Shown here: one piece after another, positions 35,189-36,469 of the stretch
Layout: the number at the start of each line of letters is the position of its first letter
How positions within the stretch are numbered: the stretch's first letter is position 1
IMG/VR virus record: IMGVR_UViG_2724679138_000003
Origin: a virus
Taxonomy: Duplodnaviria; Heunggongvirae; Uroviricota; Caudoviricetes
Direction: 5' to 3' (one strand)
Length of the DNA: 36,469 bases
The notes under the pieces: model-generated
What the model was told of the DNA's origin: nothing
What the model saw: only the letters and a program-made list of their open reading frames with translations
Databases searched by the model: none
Program-made: the position numbers and the translations under genes

Positions 35189-36469
35189 ATGAAATATCCG
35201 ACAGGCGTGGAAAACCATGGAGGGAAATTACGTATCTGGTTTGTTTATAAAGGCGTAAGAGTCAGGGAAAATCTGGGGGTTCCTGACACAGCAAAAAACA
35301 GGCGCGTTGCAGGTGAACTACGCGCCTCTGTTTGTTACGCAATAAAAACTGGTGTTTTCGACTATGCAAAACAGTTTCCCTCCTCACGCAATCTGGAAAA
35401 ATTTGGTGAGGCCCGACAAGATTTAACCATAAAAGAACTGGCTGAAAAATTTCTGGCACTGAAAGAAACTGAAGTCGCCAAAACATCACTCAACACATAC
35501 CGTGCCGTCATCAAAAATATCCTGAGCATAATCGGTGAAAAAAATCTTGCCTCATCGATTAATAAAGAAAAATTACTGGAGGTTCGTAAAGAGCTACTGA
35601 CTGGATACCAGATCCCTAAAAGTAACTATATTGTTACACAACCAGGGAGATCGGCTGTAACTGTAAATAATTACATGACAAATCTTAACGCCGTGTTCCA
35701 GTTTGGTGTTGATAACGGTTACCTGGCAGATAATCCGTTTAAGGGGATCTCGCCATTAAAGGAATCAAGAACCATTCCGGATCCTCTTTCGCGGGAGGAA
35801 TTTATCCGTCTTATCGATGCGTGCAGAAATCAGCAAGCAAAAAATTTATGGTGTGTTTCTGTTTATACTGGCGTTCGCCCTGGTGAGCTGTGTGCACTTG
35901 GATGGGAGGACATAGATCTGAAAAATGGAACAATGATGATCAGGAGAAATTTAGCAAAAGACCGTTTCACGGTACCAAAAACACAGGCGGGAACCAATCG
36001 GGTCATTCATCTTATTAAGCCAGCAATCGACGCTCTCCGGAGTCAGATGACATTAACGAGACTGAGCAAAGAGCATATCATTGATGTTCACCTCAGAGAG
36101 TATGGCAGAACAGAAAAACAAAAATGCACCTTTGTTTTTCAACCTGAAGTGTCAGCGAGAGTAAAAAATTATGGTGACCATTTTACCGTTGACTCAATAA
36201 GGCAGATGTGGGACGCAGCGATAAAACGAGCCGGACTCCGCCATCGAAAATCATATCAGTCGAGACATACTTATGCCTGCTGGTCGCTGACAGCTGGTGC
36301 TAACCCGGCATTTATAGCAAACCAGATGGGCCATGCAGATGCGCAAATGGTATTTCAGGTATACGGAAAATGGATGTCTGAAAACAATAATGCACAGGTA
36401 GCTTTGTTAAATACACAGTTAAGTGAGTTTGCCCCAACCATGCCCCATAACGAAGCAATGAAAAATTAA
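35189..36469 (+). CDS. Tyrosine recombinase / phage integrase (Rac IntR-like)
   Basis: MKYPTGVENHGGKLRIWFVYKG...; catalytic-domain motifs including ...HRKSYQSRHTYACW... (R-H-R-Y family); stop codon at the window end. Confidence 0.88.
   Translation: MKYPTGVENHGGKLRIWFVYKGVRVRENLGVPDTAKNRRVAGELRASVCYAIKTGVFDYAKQFPSSRNLEKFGEARQDLTIKELAEKFLALKETEVAKTSLNTYRAVIKNILSIIGEKNLASSINKEKLLEVRKELLTGYQIPKSNYIVTQPGRSAVTVNNYMTNLNAVFQFGVDNGYLADNPFKGISPLKESRTIPDPLSREEFIRLIDACRNQQAKNLWCVSVYTGVRPGELCALGWEDIDLKNGTMMIRRNLAKDRFTVPKTQAGTNRVIHLIKPAIDALRSQMTLTRLSKEHIIDVHLREYGRTEKQKCTFVFQPEVSARVKNYGDHFTVDSIRQMWDAAIKRAGLRHRKSYQSRHTYACWSLTAGANPAFIANQMGHADAQMVFQVYGKWMSENNNAQVALLNTQLSEFAPTMPHNEAMKN

Larger units (their letters stand above)
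1..36469. mobile_element. Lambdoid (lambda/Qin-like) prophage, interior portion; both att sites lie outside the window
   Basis: Contiguous lambda-order modules: lom, J-I-K-L-M-H-T/G-V-U-Z tail, head, terminase, cos, Rz/endolysin/holin, Q-like, hokD, replication gene with iterons, DicA/DicC immunity, dicBF operon, xis, int. The lom ORF is cut by the window start and int stops at the window end. Confidence 0.9.

Noticed and set aside
1-36469. Insertion sequences / transposases and attL/attR
   Set aside because: No ORF in the track has transposase-like features, and no direct repeats flanking int were found inside the window. The att sites must lie beyond both window edges (lom side and int side).

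Overview
The whole window is the interior of one lambdoid (lambda/Qin-like) prophage of an E. coli-type enterobacterium; neither attachment site is inside it. Most genes are on the minus strand, in lambda late-operon order read from high to low coordinates: immunity region (DicC-like Cro, divergent DicA-like repressor), replication initiator with internal iterons, an AT-rich cargo island, hokD toxin, nin-like ORFs, YdfU, Q-like antiterminator, a membrane-protein moron, lysis cassette, cos, terminase, head genes, lambda-like tail genes Z-U-V-G/T-H-M-L-K-I-J and a truncated lom. On the plus strand sit the dicA-ydfA-dicF-dicB-ydfD operon, a large exonuclease VIII-like gene, xis and a tyrosine integrase ending at the window edge. 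The best candidate for an undescribed system is the AT-rich island at about 25304-27768: it is bounded by inverted copies of a 24-bp hairpin and carries two tandem same-frame ORFs separated by a single TAA, the upstream one ending in a PD-(D/E)xK-like motif. A second candidate is the terminator-flanked membrane-protein moron between Q and the holin. All calls rest on reading the sequence and ORF track plus recalled family knowledge; no database search was run.
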